DNA of 64,000 nt, from assembly GCA_043228905.1 (NCBI GenBank), contig JBHGNT010000008.1:14322001-14386000 (forward strand), read 5' to 3'. The notes beneath the pieces were generated by a model. That model saw only the letters and a program-made list of their open reading frames with translations. It did no database searches and was not told the origin of the DNA. The stretch is from Azolla caroliniana. Lineage: Eukaryota > Plantae > Polypodiophyta. Below, one piece after another: positions 10,834-23,774 of the stretch. Made by a program: the position numbers and the translations under genes. Each line of letters begins with the position of its first letter. The stretch's first letter is position 1.

Positions 10834-11232
10834 TGTCAAGGACAAGTAGACGAGGCTCAATACTAAGAGAGTGAGAGAGAGATCATAGACAAGATAATAA
10901 GAAAGAGAGAGAGAAAGTAGTCAAGAGAACAAGAACTGAATTATGATTCTGTAACTGGTGTTGTTCACCTTGACTAAGGCCAAGGTGAACCCCTGTATTT
11001 ACACATGTTTATGGGCTCCAAATGTAGCTCATTTTCATGCACAAGCTTCTAGAATGTTCTAGCTTTTGGAGCTTTCTGGAAGCTTCTAAAATCCTACATG
11101 TAGAATAGATAATCTACAATAATCTAGTAAGGTAACATGATTATGTATTGGATGTATTGGTTAAAATATATCAATTAAATACAATAGGTGAAGATTTCGA
11201 ATCATGACATGATTGTTGTCATGTCCATGACA
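10834..11232 (-). repeat. 5' LTR of chromovirus 4 (inverted), with self-priming PBS at 10821-10831
   Basis: Reverse complement of the LTR at 23380-23774; TG...CA ends. Confidence 0.9.
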
Positions 11233-11463
11233 ATATGAGCATTGAAGTACTTGTCAGTCCTTTTAAGGACTTGTATAAAAAGTGTTCTGTAGGACATTTG
11301 TATGTACAGAATGTTATTGTTTTGAATTGAGTTTAAGCTATTCTGCTCTCTCTATCTCTCCCGTGAACTGTGTATTCTAAGCTTCCATTAAACCTATGTT
11401 TATTCTCTATTGCTATCCGATGTAACCGGTTTTGTCAAAGCTTTCCGCATATTAACTTTCACA
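11233..11463 (+). repeat. Displaced, inverted half of the 3' LTR of the Copia element at 23775-29423
   Basis: Reverse complement of 28991-29220; ends in CA followed by TCCTT, the reverse complement of the TSD AAGGA at 29424-29428. Confidence 0.9.
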
Positions 11464-11590
11464 TCCTTGAACATTGAGTGTTGATGCCCACTTTCAAATG
11501 TATTACGTGAAAATGTTATATTTTGGTCTCACTAGTGATATTTGACCTTTGAGAACAATAATAAAATTTCTCTATCTCTATCTCTCTCTT
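11464..11590 (+). mobile_element. 3' UTR and (TC)n-like tail of an RTEX-like LINE; the body is at 29424-30429
   Basis: Similar to 48631-48775 and to the reverse complement of 36572-36660. Confidence 0.65.
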
Positions 11591-13439
11591 TTATGGTGAA
11601 AACACATACATATAATGATAAATGTCAGTGAAAAATACTACAATGCTACAACAACAAAGTGATGTTACCGTTATTGAGGTAATGGGACATGTTGAATCGC
11701 TAATAGACAAGATGAACACTCCACAGAGGAAAGAATTCTAACTTGCTCTAATAAATAAAAATGTCACTGTAGTACTCCCTTCAACTTTCATGGATATCCT
11801 ATCATGCCTACCATCAACTATAAAGTCATTACGCATATCCCAATTATAACACAATCTCCAAAATCTCAAAAAAAGGAAAATGATCTATATCTTTGATTTT
11901 GGGTTGATTTGTGAGAATTGTGCAAACACCCATTGTCTTGGCAACAAATAACACTGTGACAAAAATGACGAAATTTGAAAATGTAAATCCAAATTCAACG
12001 AGCAATCGAGCATTAAATGATACATGGAATGTGTCGTCTCAAGGTGTTCTCATTGAGAGCACATATTTATATCGGGCCCTACTAAGGCGTAAGCATTAGA
12101 TATATAAACAAGTTGAAAAGGCACACACATAAACCAAAAACACTTAGATTAGTGTCTATCACCAACACACATAAAAGAAAAGAGAGGATTAGGATTTGGA
12201 TCAAAGAGCACATAACACTACCCTTCATTATTATCAGAAAGAGAGAGAGGGGGAGATCACTCTAACTTAAATATTAAGGAGAGAACTCCAAGTTGAAGAA
12301 GTTCATCTAAAAAGGCAGAAAAGTGACACTTGTGGTTATTTTGCAAAGAGATTTTTTCCCTTCACATTGTGGAGCCATTAGGCCTAAAGCTCTAGAGCCA
12401 ACATTGTTGTGTTTCCCTTCTCTTAATCTCACACTTGGTCTTTAGTACCAATAGCAATGTCATCAAGGGTTGTGCTATGTACGACATGTATTTAACATTT
12501 TCCCAACCTAATGAGTTCAAATTCCTAGGTGGTGCACTCTGTTGTGCCTCAATCCACAGGGGCGAAGAAGGTATTATTAGAGAAAGGGAGAGGGAAGGGG
12601 AGGTGGAGAGGTTATCAAGGGTGCGAAGAGAGGAGAAGATGTTGAAGTTATCTCCAATTGGAGGTCAAGGGGATGGGTGGGTGGTGATGGATAGAAGATA
12701 TGTAGGATAAAGAGGTGGCAATTGATTTGAGGGAGAAGAGGAGGAGTGAGGTGTCAAGGGGTCTCTTCACACATTTGTTGATTTGTCAAGCCTTTTCATG
12801 TTAGGCATCGGGAAAACCGCTCCAAATATTTGATCGAGAGAACAATTGGTCACATATTTAGGTCATAGGATACCCTTTAGGATAGATCTTTGGGGATTGC
12901 AAGCTGGTAGAGTTGTTGAGAGAGGTATTTTGGTAGATGTTCCCTTAAATTCAAAGAATCCATGGGTACACATTTTGTCATGATATGGTGCATGCAAGGG
13001 TAAAAACCTAGTGGAAAGGCTAGAGAGAGTGTGATAATATATGAAAAGAAGTTAATTAAAACAAATAATGATGCCTAAGGTTTAAGTTTAGGGATGCCTA
13101 AGGATTTTAGTCTTTTGCTCTTCTCCCTTTCAATATAAAAATGGTAGGGATAAGCCAATAAGTGGAGGTTTGGTGTCTTTTGAGAAGAGAGGAGAAATTT
13201 AGTTTAGGGATGCCCAGGGTTTTTAGTCTTTTCATCTTCTCCATTTCAATATAAAAACAGTAAGAATAATCCAATAAGTGGTTGTTCATTTTTGAGAAAG
13301 GGTCCATGGGAGTTGATATTTCTATTGAGGCCCTTGAGTTGACTTTGTAAACATGGGTAACTTTTTCCAAAAGTGAAGGAGCTTCTTCTTTCTCTTGTTC
13401 ACAGTCTCTGGTGAACCCTGCATGTTGTCATACTGGCCG

Positions 13440-15765
13440 CAAACTACTGCCAACAAGTTCTCTCATATCTCAAGCAAGACATCTGAGAGGCGTTTATTTG
13501 CTACATCAAAAACTCAGTTGCAATGACATTTCCATAATGCCCATAACGTTATTGTAGTCATTGTTTTCCATATCTGGACAGATCGCACCTGCTTTGGAGG
13601 TTGTTGAAAGGGGCTGACTAATATCAATATTCTATTATGTACCATCATTGCCTCCTGAACATTGTTTGCCTCATACAACATCAAATTGGAATGTAGCACT
13701 CCCCACATCGCCGATCCCCATGAAAATAGGCAATCGACATTGATTGTTAAAAATAATGAAAGACCTTTCTTTGATACTTGTTGAGCCAAGGGACAAGACC
13801 AAAAGGCATGCTTGGCAGTCTCCTGAGCTTCATGGCAAAAGGCACATTGTTAAAGATTGGGTGTTATATTCCCTTTCAATGAGTGACCAACTAGTAAGAC
13901 CATATGCACTAATAGCCATCTAAAGAGAATAAATTTAGTTGGCCCCTTGAATGACCAAATCCATCTCTAGTACGTTTTCAAATGCAAAGTTGAGACCCCC
14001 CCAACTAGTCCAATGTTATTGAGTTGTTGGTATCCTTGCATTCCGAGAGAGCAGTAGTGCTCTTCCAAGTTTTATTGAGTATTGAAAGAAGGGAACCTTT
14101 ATGATCTATTCCCCCAAGGAATGTGACCAAAACCAACCCCCCGGATCCAATGTTAATCTTGCAACCGGGTCTTTTGCATATAACCACAATATATCACACA
14201 TATGAGCAATTGATGGATAAGGATCAATCATCCATTTCACACATATAACCACTCAGGTTGGTGCACTTCGCAAGTGCTGTAGGTAAATGCATTCAATGGT
14301 GTAACGTTGTAATGTATGATTGTCTAGGACTTGAAAATAAGAAGCGCACTCGTTAGGTGAAACACCCTTGACAACCATCAATGTGTCATTTATGAAGCAT
14401 CCAAACCACATATGTTCCTTCCTGGGTTGAAAGGTTGTAGAAAATGAAGAATATGTTGTTGATATGCTAGTAGTCATTATCTTGGCACCATAAACAGATT
14501 GTAAATGTGCAAGAAGATCTTCTTGTGACATTTGCTGAAATTGAGTCCAAGTTCTTACAGATGCACCAAGCTCGTTATCCAATTTTCCCTAGGCAAGGTG
14601 AGTTCTCAAGCCCAACACTTTTCTTGCATTATCCCGAAATAAAGAATTGGCAAGAAGAGGCTGATTAATTAGTGCATCCCACGTAGAAGGCTTGTCCTTA
14701 AGCAAGAATGACTTAATCACATCCCATGCCCTTATGATTCCTAACAAAAATCTATTGTATGCAAGATCCTGCCTAGGTGTTTGTACATCATTCCAGAATA
14801 ACCACTTTAAAGAGGGTGACCAAACACGACCCGTCTTTGGACTTAACTGTTCCAAGCAACATTGGCTACTGTTGGAGATCCCTGTTTTCCCCACCAAAGG
14901 AAATTTCGGATCAAACTTTGCACTTTCGTTATTGTAGATCTAGAAAATAGCCAAACAGATGCTATAAACCACATTGAAACCAGCAATATAGAGTTTGCTA
15001 CTACAACCCAACTTGCAAAGGATAATTGTTGGGCATCCCAATGTAGTAGTTTATGTTTTATCGACAATAGTAATGGCGATAGCATTGCTTCTGGCCGCAA
15101 ATCTATACCAACCATACATCCCATATAACGAACTAGTTCACCATGATGAAGCCATTGGAAAGGACCTGGATACCATGTAGGGTGTTTTTCTTCACCTACC
15201 CAAAGTCAGATTGACTTGTTCCAGTTTAGTGATGCACCTGTAGCATCTGAGAAAACTTGCAAAGAATCTTGTACCTGACTGAGATTACCAATCTCCCCGT
15301 CAACATAAAGAGGCGTGTCATCTGCAAATTCAACATCCAATACAATAAGCTGTATAAAAGTTAATGTTATTCCTTTTATACCTGCTGAAGACGATCTTAG
15401 GTAGGAGGACATGGCTTCCCCAAACAAGATAAAAAGAAAAGGGGTGAGAGGGCATCCTTGCCGAACTGACCTGGAGGTAGGAAATAATGGCCCATATCCT
15501 CCAACAAACAAAACGGAACTAGAAGCACGCGTGTGAAGGGCAGAGACACCTTTTATCCATGCAACAAGAAAACCTAATCTTGACAGCACTGTCTTAAGAA
15601 AGTCCCAATCCACTTTATTATAAGACTTTTCAAAGTCAAGCAATAATATTGCAAGCTATTGTTTATTTTGCTGAACTAAAGCAACCATTTCCCAAAACAA
15701 AAAAATGTTGTAAAAAATGCTTCTATCTTGCAAAAAACCAGATTGTGTGTCATGAAGTGTATCTT
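13440..15765 (-). mobile_element. L1-like LINE ORF2 fragment (RT and zf-RVT region), decayed
   Basis: LDFEKSYNKVDWDFL, RSVRQGCPL, EFADD and IRNFLW motifs; C-terminal CxxC..H..WSCP remnant. Confidence 0.88.
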
Positions 15766-15769
15766 AGTT

Positions 15770-17587
15770 GGCTACTCAGATGAGCAGAAGGGATATAAAT
15801 GTTATAACCCCCAAACCAAATAGGCCCAGGTAAGCCGCGATGTTGTCTTCGATGAATCGGTTTCATGGTACTTGCCTTCGTTTCCAACCGACAACTCCAT
15901 TCCGATCTCTGAAGATGAGGTCAGTGATGCCGAGATGCCTTCGAACGAAGAAGAAATTGGAGCTCTAGATCAATGTCCGACCTCATTCCGGTGAAGTGGG
16001 TCGAATGAGAGACTAAGTTGGATTGACCAGTTGGATGATGAGTTGTTGAGCTGGCGAGGATTTGGTCGTGCACTCCCCGTGCAAAGAACCGAGGAGACGG
16101 TTCACCCGTAAAGAGAAGGGAATAAAGAAGATGCTGGAATACGACACTGACAAAGAAGAGTCAAATCAGAGCGAATCCGACTCTTGAAATAGTGAAGACA
16201 GACCTCTAGAGAAGAGGTCGGCGTCTGCAAAAGGAGCCATCAAATCGGTAGAGAAATTTGCGCCGATCTACCCACCAGAAGAACCCAGTAGCTTGATACA
16301 ATATAACGAATACATGCCACATCATTTAAATCCATACATGACAAAAGTGGCAGAAGTGCGTGAGCCGGGGAGCTATGCAAAAGCGGCAAAGGACACAAAC
16401 TGGTGTCCCGCCATACAAGAAGAAGTGCACGCCTTAATAGAGAATGAAACATTCTGCAAAAAGAGCCTTCAAATCGGTAGAAAACAATTTGCGTCGATCT
16501 ACCCGCCAGAAGAGCCCGGTAGCTTGATACAATATAACGGATACATGGCGCATCATTATGCGTACATGACGAAAGTGGCAGAAGTGTGTGAGCTGGGAAG
16601 CTATGCAGAAGCGGAAAAGGACACAAACTGGCGTGCCGCCATACAAGAAGAGGTGCACGCCTTAGCGGAGAACGAAACATTCTGCAAAAAGAGCCATCCA
16701 ATCGGTAGAGAACAATTTGCGTCAATCTACCCGCGAGAAGAACCCAGTAGCTTGATACAATCTAACGAATACATGGCGCATCATTATGCGTACATGACGA
16801 AAGTGGCAGAAGTGCGTGAGTGGGGGAGCTATGCAGAAGCGGCAAAGGATGCAAACTAGCGTGCCGCCATACAGGAAGAGGTGCACGCCTTAGCAGAGAA
16901 CGAAACATTCTGCAAAAAGAGCCATCAAATCGGTAGAGAACAATTTGCGCCGATCTACCCGCCAGAAGAACCTTGTAGATTGATACAATATAACGAATAC
17001 ATGGCGCATCATTTAAATGCGTACATGATGAAAGTGGCAGAAGTGCGTGAGCCGGGGAGCTATGCAGATGTGACAAAGGATGCAAATTGGCATGCCGCCA
17101 TACAGGAAGAGGTGCACGCCTTAGCGGAGAACGAAACACGAGACTTGGTTGACGCTCCAAAGGGTGTGAAGCCGATCGGATGCAGGTGGGTGTACAAGTT
17201 CAAATACAACGTTGGCGGCTCCATCAACCGGTACAAGGCCTGGTTAGTAGCCAAGGGCTATGCACAACAACACGACATCAACTACAGTGACACGTTCACG
17301 CCAGTCCCAAAGATAACAACCGTTGGTGTCTTGCTTGTGGTTGTCGCGGCGAAAGGTTGGCATTTGCAACAGATTGATGTGAAGAACGCATTCTGCAGGG
17401 AGAAATTGAGGAACAAGTTTACATAGTGCAAACACCCGGATTTCAGTCCTAAATGAATACATTGGTTGTATGCCAATTGAAGAAGTCCCTTTACGGATTA
17501 AAGGAAGCCCCGCATGCCTGGAACGCGAAGATCATGCAACACTTGCGTCAAATGGGGTTTGCTACATCCAAGTCAAACTCTTCACTT
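15770..17587 (+). pseudogene. Copia integrase tail and RT N-terminal fragment
   Basis: [27 protein letters not shown] and QIDVKNAF motifs. Confidence 0.9.
16241..17138 (+). repeat. Four ~228-bp tandem copies within Copia pol
   Basis: Units start CAAATCGGTAGA at ~16241, 16470, 16698 and 16926; repeated [14 protein letters not shown] peptide. Confidence 0.92.
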
Positions 17588-20500
17588 TGTTGGCCGGAGT
17601 ATATGATATGGAGGATAATTGTGGAAAGGGACGAGTCATATATTATAATTAGATTAATTATTAATTAGAAATATTATAGGAACGGACGGATCCAGAATAG
17701 TTTTACCGATCTGGATCCGGACCGATTGAGAGCCAATAGCCTATAAAAGGATCCTAGAATCAATGTAATTAGTTGTGGAATTAATACAAATTTAAGCGTT
17801 CTACTTTAATTCTATTGTGTCTCTTGCTTACTTGCTTCTGCACTTTTATTCATAATCTTACGAATGTTTCCATTAATCGGTTGTGTATTAATCTTTCCGA
17901 GAGTATCCGGAAAACAACTAGATTGGAATTGGATCTGTGTCAGATAACATGATTCCCTTAACCACCCTTCGGTGAAGTGTTCGGAATGGACACCCCCCTG
18001 TGTTTGTGGCTATGTCCTACCCAGAGTAAACACAGTTTTGACTACCACGATGGCAATGCGTACGGGGAATCGGTATATCATAGCGGCCACAGACTATTGT
18101 ACAAAATGGGTGGAAGCAAACCGCTCCGGGACAACACCACGGAATTAACGATCGAGCTTATTAGCGATCAGGAAGAACATTTCCTCGGCCACGTGGTGGA
18201 AAGACTAACTTCCTTCTATGCAGTAGTTCATAAATGTAACACGCCATGCTACTCGGAGGCGAATGGATTGGCGGAGTCAACAAACAAGACGCACCAAAAC
18301 ATCCTCCGGAAAATTGTAAATGAGAACCAGACAGATTGGGACACCAAATTGCACAGTGCGTTATGGGCTTATCGGACGGCGTATAAAACGAGTATCCGGT
18401 CAACTCCATTCCGAGCATTCGGATTAGAGGCGGTAATGCCCATGGAGTTTCAGATCCCCAGTTTATGGATTCAGGTCCGAGAGCAATTGAGCGAGAAGGA
18501 ATCCGAAATAATCTGGTTGGCAACATTGTGTGAATTAGAGGAACACTGGATAGTTAGTTTGTTGCAATTGGAGCTTGAGCAACGGCAACGAAAAATGTTT
18601 GTGGACAGGCACAAGCGAGGCAATGACAAGGACTTTGGAACCGGCAAACCGGTATTAGTATTCCAGACCCGGATGAGTAGCATGCTGGGAAAACTACGGT
18701 TCTGATGGATCACAAGGGAGTTCAAGGGGTCCTACCAACTTGGTACGCTAGTTGGAGAAGTACTAGAGAAATGAGTCAATGGCTTATGGCTGAAAACTTA
18801 TAAGGAACCGATGCCGGCGAACCCGTTCAAAGAACAGGAGGAAGAAGCTCAGGGAAATTCCGACGGCAACGGAGCCAGAGAAGAAGCGGTGACTCGGGAA
18901 GTTTCGATGACAACGGAGCCAGTACAACCGGGTATTAATGAATGACCCAATGGTACTCGGTACGGCAAAGAAGGTCAGGCCATACGACAGAGAGAAAACA
19001 AAAATTATGCAAAGGACAAGAGGGAAAGACATCATGCATAAGTTGCATGCGTGTGAAAAAAAAAATTCAAGATTTTGAACGGTCACAATGAAAAGGTGTG
19101 TCGTTAACCCATTTAAAGCGCACCCCGCGACATAGTCATGCTATTATGATACACGACGTGCATGCACGGGAATCATGAAGAGGCGAAGGTGAAAAATGGG
19201 GTGCCCAAAATACCTGGACGAACGAAGGAGTCTCATTTCGCAAATGAAAGCTTTTGAGAGCACAATAGAGCACACAGGTTTCCGGAAGAACACATGCGAT
19301 TATCAAAGCCCAAGCACCCACCTGTAGCAGCAAAATCGACGAAGAGTATATAGAGCCGATGGCACTCTCGACCGCCACCAGAGATTGGCTTAGCAAGGAC
19401 GGACTTGAGGGATTTATCTGGGTGGCTAAAGCACCACCACATGAGGAATCGGAGAAGGTCCAACAACGATCGACCAACGAACTCTCCAAGGGGATAATGT
19501 AGGTCCTCATCAGATTACCCATCAGAGGACTATGCTCCATTGAGAACCCCTCCACCGACATATTGACCGATTATTTTGGGGAGTTTCTCAATCGCCAGCA
19601 AAGCATACCGGACACAGGGGGACAAAAATCTCTTGTTTCGGGAAGTGGCTTGAATATTACTCAAGTATGGATTTGTTCACCTCCGACCACTCACTATGCC
19701 GAAGAATAGGGCCAGTTTCATCATCCCCATATTTAAAGACCTTACGGTGGACTGGCCGGTGATAGTGACCAACTCACTACGGGCGGGCATCACATCTGTA
19801 ATGGATGGGAAGAAAGCATGGGGTAGATTAGCACAGTGACTAACGATATTGTTACCTCCGACACGCATGTTCAAGCTGAAGAAGTGAAGCCGACCGGAGA
19901 TCATGCCCAACAAGCCATCCAAATGGAAGAAGCTCCTAGCAAAACACAACCCCGGATGGATAGTAGGGAACTCGCCTCGACGGGAAGAAGTGCCAGATAC
20001 CTAGAGATAGGAGCCAGAGAAAGTTTCAGGAAAGAGGGTAAAACTTATCAAGAAAAAGTTGCGCTGGCATGATAGAGACTAGGAGGAACTCATATAGAGG
20101 GTAAACCAGGAAACCGTGGAAGAGTAAGCTGAAGAAGAACCAACCGAAACCCTCCAATGTTACCCAAGGAAGCACAACAATGAGCAGCAAGGCGAAGGAT
20201 CGGGTTTGGAACATGACAATACATTGATTTCCTCTCAACGTGAAGGAACCAGACTAGAAACGGAGCCAACCAACAGGCTCGAAGTGGTGAAGACGGTTCA
20301 ACTGGAACCGGAGTTAGAAGGACATACATCATCAGGTCTTCTAGGGCAGCAACAACAAGAGGAACGCCGACCAAAGTGAACACCGAATCAAGTGGAGTCG
20401 TTTGCACAATGGCTCAAGGGGGAGAAAGAAGTAATGTTGGAGCCAATACAACAGTTCGTTGTACTCACACAACACAGAACTTGCTGGAAATGGTTAGAAG

Positions 20501-22389
20501 TCCTTGGGAAGGAGCTATCTGGGGTGGCTGACCGAATAGATGAAGAGCAACGGATGGAGTGGAGATAGGTGGAATGGTTGCTAACAACAACCAAAGAATT
20601 GGATAAGGCCCAAAATCTGATTCGGAGCCTGGAGGAAGAGCAGGCAAGAGCCAAGGAGTTTGGGGTCCTCATGTCAAAGATGGACCAAATCACAAGCTCC
20701 AGAACAGAACCGACTAATTTACAAAAGAAGCCTCCGGAAACGGATGCAGAATTAATGGCCAAAACAGCCCCGGAAGAAGATGCTAAGCAGGAACAAGAAA
20801 TGCAAACATTAAGGGAGGAATTAGTCGCTCAAGAAGCATTAAGAGAGCAAGAAAGAGAACAGAGGTAGACCGCCGAAGAACAAAAACGGAGGACTGAGGA
20901 ATGTCTCTGGAAGATTCAAGCGAACAACAACCGACTGAGGGAGGAAAGAGAGAAACTGCTGCAGGAAAAAGACAAGCTCTAGAGGATGGCTGAAATGGAG
21001 ATATAGAGGCTGAAGGAAGAGATCTAGCAACAAAAGCACCGGGAAGATTGGGCTCGCTTTCAAATCAACTGGTGCATAAGGCAAAAAACAGAAAACTTCG
21101 AGAAGCTACATAGGGACCAATAGCAACTCGAAGCGGAGCATAAGAAGGTAGGGTCGGATTATGACCGACAACAAGAAAAGCTTAAGGAGGTCTGGACGGA
21201 GCTGAAGGACAAGATGGAGGCGTTAAGAGATCAAGGGAAGATGATGGTTGACATGACGACGAAGGTAATGGAGGAAGTGGCAAAAGAAAGACAGGAACTC
21301 CAAATGAAGCACTACGAGGAAGTGCAATGGGCAAAGATAGTTTTGGATAAGTTGCAAATGACCTACCAAGCCCAATTTATGGAGTACGAAGTACAGGTGA
21401 AGGTGATTGCCGAACTCATCAAGCAACGCAAGAACGAGAAGGAGGCCACGGAGGACAGGACGAAGCTCAGCATCAACAAAATCCGGATGATTGTCGAAGC
21501 ATGGATGAACCGGACGAAGACAAGGATCGAAGATACTCCGAGTGGATGCGGAAAATCGGAAAAAGGCTTGCAACAATTTCTACAAGATGGATGAGGAAAG
21601 CATTGTCACCATTCGGGACGAATTGGCGGATGATTTTTTTGCCTTGGCCGAAAATCACCGGGATGTTGTCAGGAAGCTCATTGAAAGGCTCGAAGACGAT
21701 CAACTCGACACACAACTGCAATTAGAGCGATACGAGTGGGAGCGGAGGCAGAAAGAAGTGGAAAAGCAAGCTGAGGCCATAAATATCAGTGATGAAGGGC
21801 AAACAGTGGAACCACAACCACTACCACTACCTGACGAGCAGACGGATCAGTAGTCGGAAGCAACCGGAACAGAGCAAACCGTGAGAGCTCAAAATGGAAA
21901 GGCAGTCGGAACGGATCAACTAGAGGGAGCCACAGCTATGCAACAATAGTAGCAACCAGAGGAGCGAAAACAATAGCAGCAGAACGAAGAACCACTCAAA
22001 CCATTGGATCAAAGTATTTTGGACATACTTGACAAAGAGTGAAGGAGTTAACCCGTGGGTTCGACGTGCAATACATTGTCCCATGGGCGTATGATCCGGA
22101 CGATAATTGTGGAAAGGGGTGAGTCGGATATTATAATTAGATTAATTAGAAATTAGAAATATTATAGGAACAGACGGATCCAAAATAGTTGTACCAATCA
22201 GATCCAGACCGATTGAGAGTCGGTAGCCGGTAAGGCACCGTTTTGTATTTCCAACTGGATGCCTATAAAAGGATCCGTGAATCGATGTAATTAGAAGCGA
22301 AAGTAATACAAATTTAAGAATTCTACTTTAATTCTATTGTATCTCCTGCTTACTTTCCATTCTGTGCTTTCATTCGTAATCTTACGCGT
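17588..22389 (+). mobile_element. Internally deleted non-chromoviral Gypsy element: LTR 17588-17949, integrase remnant, long decayed extra ORF, second LTR from ~22090
   Basis: TG...CA LTR repeated at ~22090-22389; integrase motifs ANGLAESTNK and ALWAYRTAYKTSI; coiled-coil ORF pieces at 19100-22050. Confidence 0.8.
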
Positions 22390-22800
22390 TGTCGTGAAAA
22401 TCCGTCACTATGTGCGGATCGTGAGACGGAACCGTCGGGGTTCTGGACTAGAAGGATTTAGTGCAACACGTACAACACAAGCAAGTTTAAGCATAAGACA
22501 AGTGGGAGAGACAAATCATTCATTTATTGCAAAAGAAAATCGATTCTTTATAATTTCAGAATTGTGTTACAATGGGTTGGGTATGGAAATGAGAGATTAA
22601 TTTTTCAAAGAAAGGAGCCAACAACCATGCAAGGAGTGGTCCGATATGAATACGAGAGATAATTTTTGACAAGAAAGATCGAGTCCCCAAAGCTAGGAGT
22701 TTGATATCAATATGTGAGATAATTTGTTTCTCGAAAACCCAAAGGGAAGAAGAAGGAAGAGGGGGAAGAAAAAAACTAGTAGGGAAAAAATGGGACATAT
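22390..22800. mobile_element. Other half of the split TGTCGTG solo LTR
   Basis: Terminus TGTCGTGAAAATCCGTCACTATGTGCGGATCGTGAG is shared with 42873 and with 25600 (reverse complement). Confidence 0.75.
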
Positions 22801-22834
22801 ATCCAGCTCATCGTTGATTCTCCTCCCCAATGTT

Positions 22835-22945
22835 ACTTTGCATGCCCACTTTTAGTTGGATGGCCTCTATTTTTAGTTGCATGGCCTCTGCTTTTAGTTG
22901 CATGCTTCCATTTTTAGATGCATGCCTTTTACTTTTAGTTGCATC
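22835..22945. repeat. ~21-bp minisatellite (TTTAGTTGCATGGCCTCT core)
   Basis: Four to five degenerate copies. Confidence 0.7.
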
Positions 22946-23051
22946 ATCCCTTGGGCTCAACTCAAAATCCGACCGTCGTGAAAGAGCATTAGCCTTCATG
23001 TTTTGTGCCCCCGGCCGAAAGACAACTTCAAAGTCATAGCCGGCTGAAATA

Positions 23052-23774
23052 CTCCACATTTCCAGATTCATAATGTCTTCCATGCCTCTTTGCTCGAACC
23101 TTATCATCCATTTACTATTCCTGGAAGACACTCTCCACCTCCACCTCCAATTGAGCTTTCCACAGGTGAGGAGTATGAGGAGGACAAGATTCTAGACTCT
23201 CGTTGGCATTGACGACAACTTCAATACTTAGTCCTATGGAAAGGGTATCCCATTTCAGAGGCAACTTGGGAACCAGCTCAACACTTGGAGAATGCACCGG
23301 ATGTTGTTCATGCATTTCATCACCGATATCCACAAAAACCAGGGAGGCATCTTCAAAGGCAACCTTAGCAGGGGGATAATGTTGTGGACATGACAAAAGT
23401 CATGTCATGATTCAAACTCTTGACCTATTGTATTTAATTGATATGTTTTAACCAATACATCCAATACATAATCATGTTACCTTACTAGATTATTGTAGAT
23501 TATCTATTCTACATGTAGGATTTTAGAAGCTTCCAGAAAGCTCCAAAAGCTTGTGCATGAAAATGAGTCTTTGCATGGGGCTACATTTAGAGCCCATAAA
23601 CATGTATAAATACAGGGGTTTACCTTGGCCTTAGTCAAGGTGAACAACACCAGTTACGGAATCATAATTCAATTCTTGTTCTCTTGACTACTTTCTCTCT
23701 CTCTCTCGTATTATCTTGTCTATGATCTCTCTCTCACTCTCTTAGTATTGAGCCTCGTCTACTTGTCTATGACA
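23052..23774 (+). mobile_element. 3' end of chromovirus 4: integrase tail, chromodomain, PPT and 3' LTR (23380-23774)
   Basis: Chromodomain remnant (WKGYPISEATWEP); AGGGGGATAA PPT; TSD CCTAT matches CATAT at the 11232 side. Confidence 0.9.
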
